NCBI GenBank assembly: GCA_963693365.1
Contig: CAVNZM010000017.1
Span: forward strand, 2,533,527-2,597,526
Reading direction: 5' to 3'
DNA from: Amoebidium appalachense
Taxonomy: Eukaryota > Protista > Ichthyosporea
Length of the DNA: 64,000 nt
A program made the position numbers and the translations under genes. This document shows positions 61,851-64,000 of this stretch, piece by piece. Numbering within the stretch: position 1 is the stretch's first letter; the number at the start of each line of letters is the position of its first letter. Under the pieces are notes generated by a model, which searched no databases, was not told where the DNA came from, and saw nothing but the letters and a program-made list of their open reading frames with translations.

Positions 61851-63355
61851 GGGGGGGAGGAAGGGAGGGAGAGGGAGGGAGAGAGAGAAAGAGGGAGAGA
61901 GAGAGAGAGACTCACTTTCCACACGCCAAAACACCTGCATATTCAGTTCCTCAACAGCTCGCATTCTCTCCCTCTTACTCAAACTCACCTTACTCCCCAC
62001 GTTCTCAATGTACTTCATCATTTCCTCACACGTACACCCCACTCGTTGCTAACACAACCCTCAGTACTCCCTCCGCCTGGGCTCTGTTCAAGTGTCTTCT
62101 GCCTGCACGCGTAAATTGTTTTGATTTTAGATTTCCCACTTTTGTGACGTTTTGTTGTTACTCCTCGTTGTCTCCTCCATATTTCCAACCCTCTAAGGCA
62201 TACACCCCCCCCCCCCCCCCCCTCCCCCTCCCCCTCCTTCCCCCAACCCAATCCCCCCTGGCCTTCCCCTCCGTCCCTCTTCCTCCCCCCTTCCTCCACC
62301 CCCCCCCCCCCCCCCCCCCCCCTCCCCCTCCCCCTGCACCTGTGGCTAGTGGAGGGCTGTGGGTGTCTGTCTTTGATAGAAATTTTATCAGAATCCATGC
62401 ACCTACCTTCACATAAAACCAACAATGCCCATATGTGCATTACGGTTACCACTTATCATCTATAGCTCTGTATACCAAAACGTATGTGCCCGTGTGTCTT
62501 TGGGTTCGCGATGCTGACGGATATGCATCCCACTCCCCGAACCACCACCACCACCACCACACAAACACACACACAAACACACACACAAACACACACACAC
62601 ACGCGCGCGCGCGCGCATATAAACACACACGTACACACTTACACACACGTACGCACTTACATACTTACACACGCACACGTACAGATCTCAGTAAGAAACT
62701 GCTTTATTCGTGGGTCTGTGGTGAGGTATGTGCAGATTGCTGCTGACAAGGTCGACACAGAGCTGCTACAGGTACTCGCCCCCCCCCCCCCCCCCCCGTG
62801 CCCCCCGCCCTACACGCACGCACGTACACACACAAACACACATACACAGGCACACACAACATACCGTTCTTACAACAGGTTTTACCCTTTTTTTTTGGGG
62901 GGGGGGGGGGGGGGGGGGGATGGGGAAAGGGGAGGGGGGGGGGGGGGGGGGGAGCTTTCCTCCTTTCGCCTTTCCCTTTTGCTGTTGCTGTTGATGTGTG
63001 CGTGTGTGTGGGTCTTTTTGGAGAAGTACTAAAGAGGTGGGGTGTGTGTGTTGGGGGGGGGGGGGGGAGGGGGATGGCGGGGGGGTGGGGGGTGATGATG
63101 TGATTAGAGAAGGTGGGCAGGGGGAAAAGGACGGGGGGGAGGAGAGGGGAATGGGGGGGGGGGGGGGGGGGATGAGAAAAGGGTGGGCAAGTAGGGGAGA
63201 GGGGATGTTGGGTGGGGTTGGGTGGGTGGGGAGGGGGGGGGGGGGGTAGTATATCAAATATGATGATGTGACGGTGTTACGAGTGGGCATCTGATGAATG
63301 TGGCATGCAGGACTCGGCGAGAAGAGAGGCACAACAACAAAAAGCAGGCGCATGA
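59631..63355 (+). CDS. LSM2: U6 snRNA-associated Sm-like protein LSm2
   Basis: Exons 59631-59633 (ATG), 61467-61625 (LFYSFFKTLVGTEVVVELKNDLKIRGTLHSVDQFLNIKL...KYPHM), 62685-62771 (ISVRNCFIRGSVVRYVQ...VDTELLQ) and 63311-63355 (DSARREAQQQKAGA*). Confidence 0.95.
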
Positions 63356-64000
63356 TTGGATGTTCATTAATTATTGGGACAAGGAATTTGCTGTCGTGCA
63401 GTTTTACATGCAGGAAATTTCTTCTAGAATCATGATGATGGGCTCCATTTTTTTTTTTTTTTTGGGTTGTGCAGGAGTTTTACTATCACTTTTATGCGGG
63501 TGGTAGTCGTACTGAACTTGTGTAGCTTTGCAATTGCACCTGTTAGGCCCGGACAAATCGTGCCACGTTGGGTTGTTACCAGAGATGCCACAACACAGAC
63601 ATAAACACAACCACGCGTGCACACACGTTTAGACACGTACACACACACAGACAGACAACGGCACACAGTCACACGTACACTCAGTGGATACTTGCAACAT
63701 GAAGAGTTCTGTGGGGTTGGGTAGTTATACCTTGCTAGGTTTTTTCCTTTTTGAGGGGTAACGCGACGTCACTGGTCATGGTAAATTCTTAAGAAATACC
63801 GGAATTGAACAAGAGTAAAAAAGAAATGAGAACTATTATCAGATGTGGGAATCGTTATAATCCACTGTTGGTGTGTTAAGATCACTTGATTTGATATTAT
63901 GATAATCATGGTCTCCGCCGGGGTTGTGCTGATCAGGGTGTACATATGCAAATGTCATACAAAATGCCGTGGTGGTAATTGGCTTTAGTGTGTGTGTGGT

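Overview
Intron-rich eukaryotic DNA, probably from a unicellular opisthokont/holozoan (inferred from gene content, not established). Introns are filled with poly-C/poly-G, (CA)n/(TG)n and (GA)n tracts, which explains most of the supplied ORF track. Reading splice sites by hand gives these genes: TMEM106-like (+), an intronless Popeye-domain protein (-), a probable mitochondrial lysyl-tRNA synthetase (+, 16 exons, with one GC-AG intron and one U12-type AT-AC intron), a DnaJ/DnaJ-X chaperone (-), an 88-aa three-exon orphan (-), RagC/D (+) and LSM2 (+). There is also a possible unresolved minus-strand gene starting at 17580. The most interesting non-coding signals are: (1) three candidate small-RNA genes between RagC and LSM2, each with a CCACAATCAA box about 60 nt upstream of a GGGTGACC...GGTCACCC closing stem; (2) a structured, 5'-truncated repeat family ending in poly-C whose copies in modelled genes all lie sense to the host; (3) many acceptors with (CA)n in place of a polypyrimidine tract.
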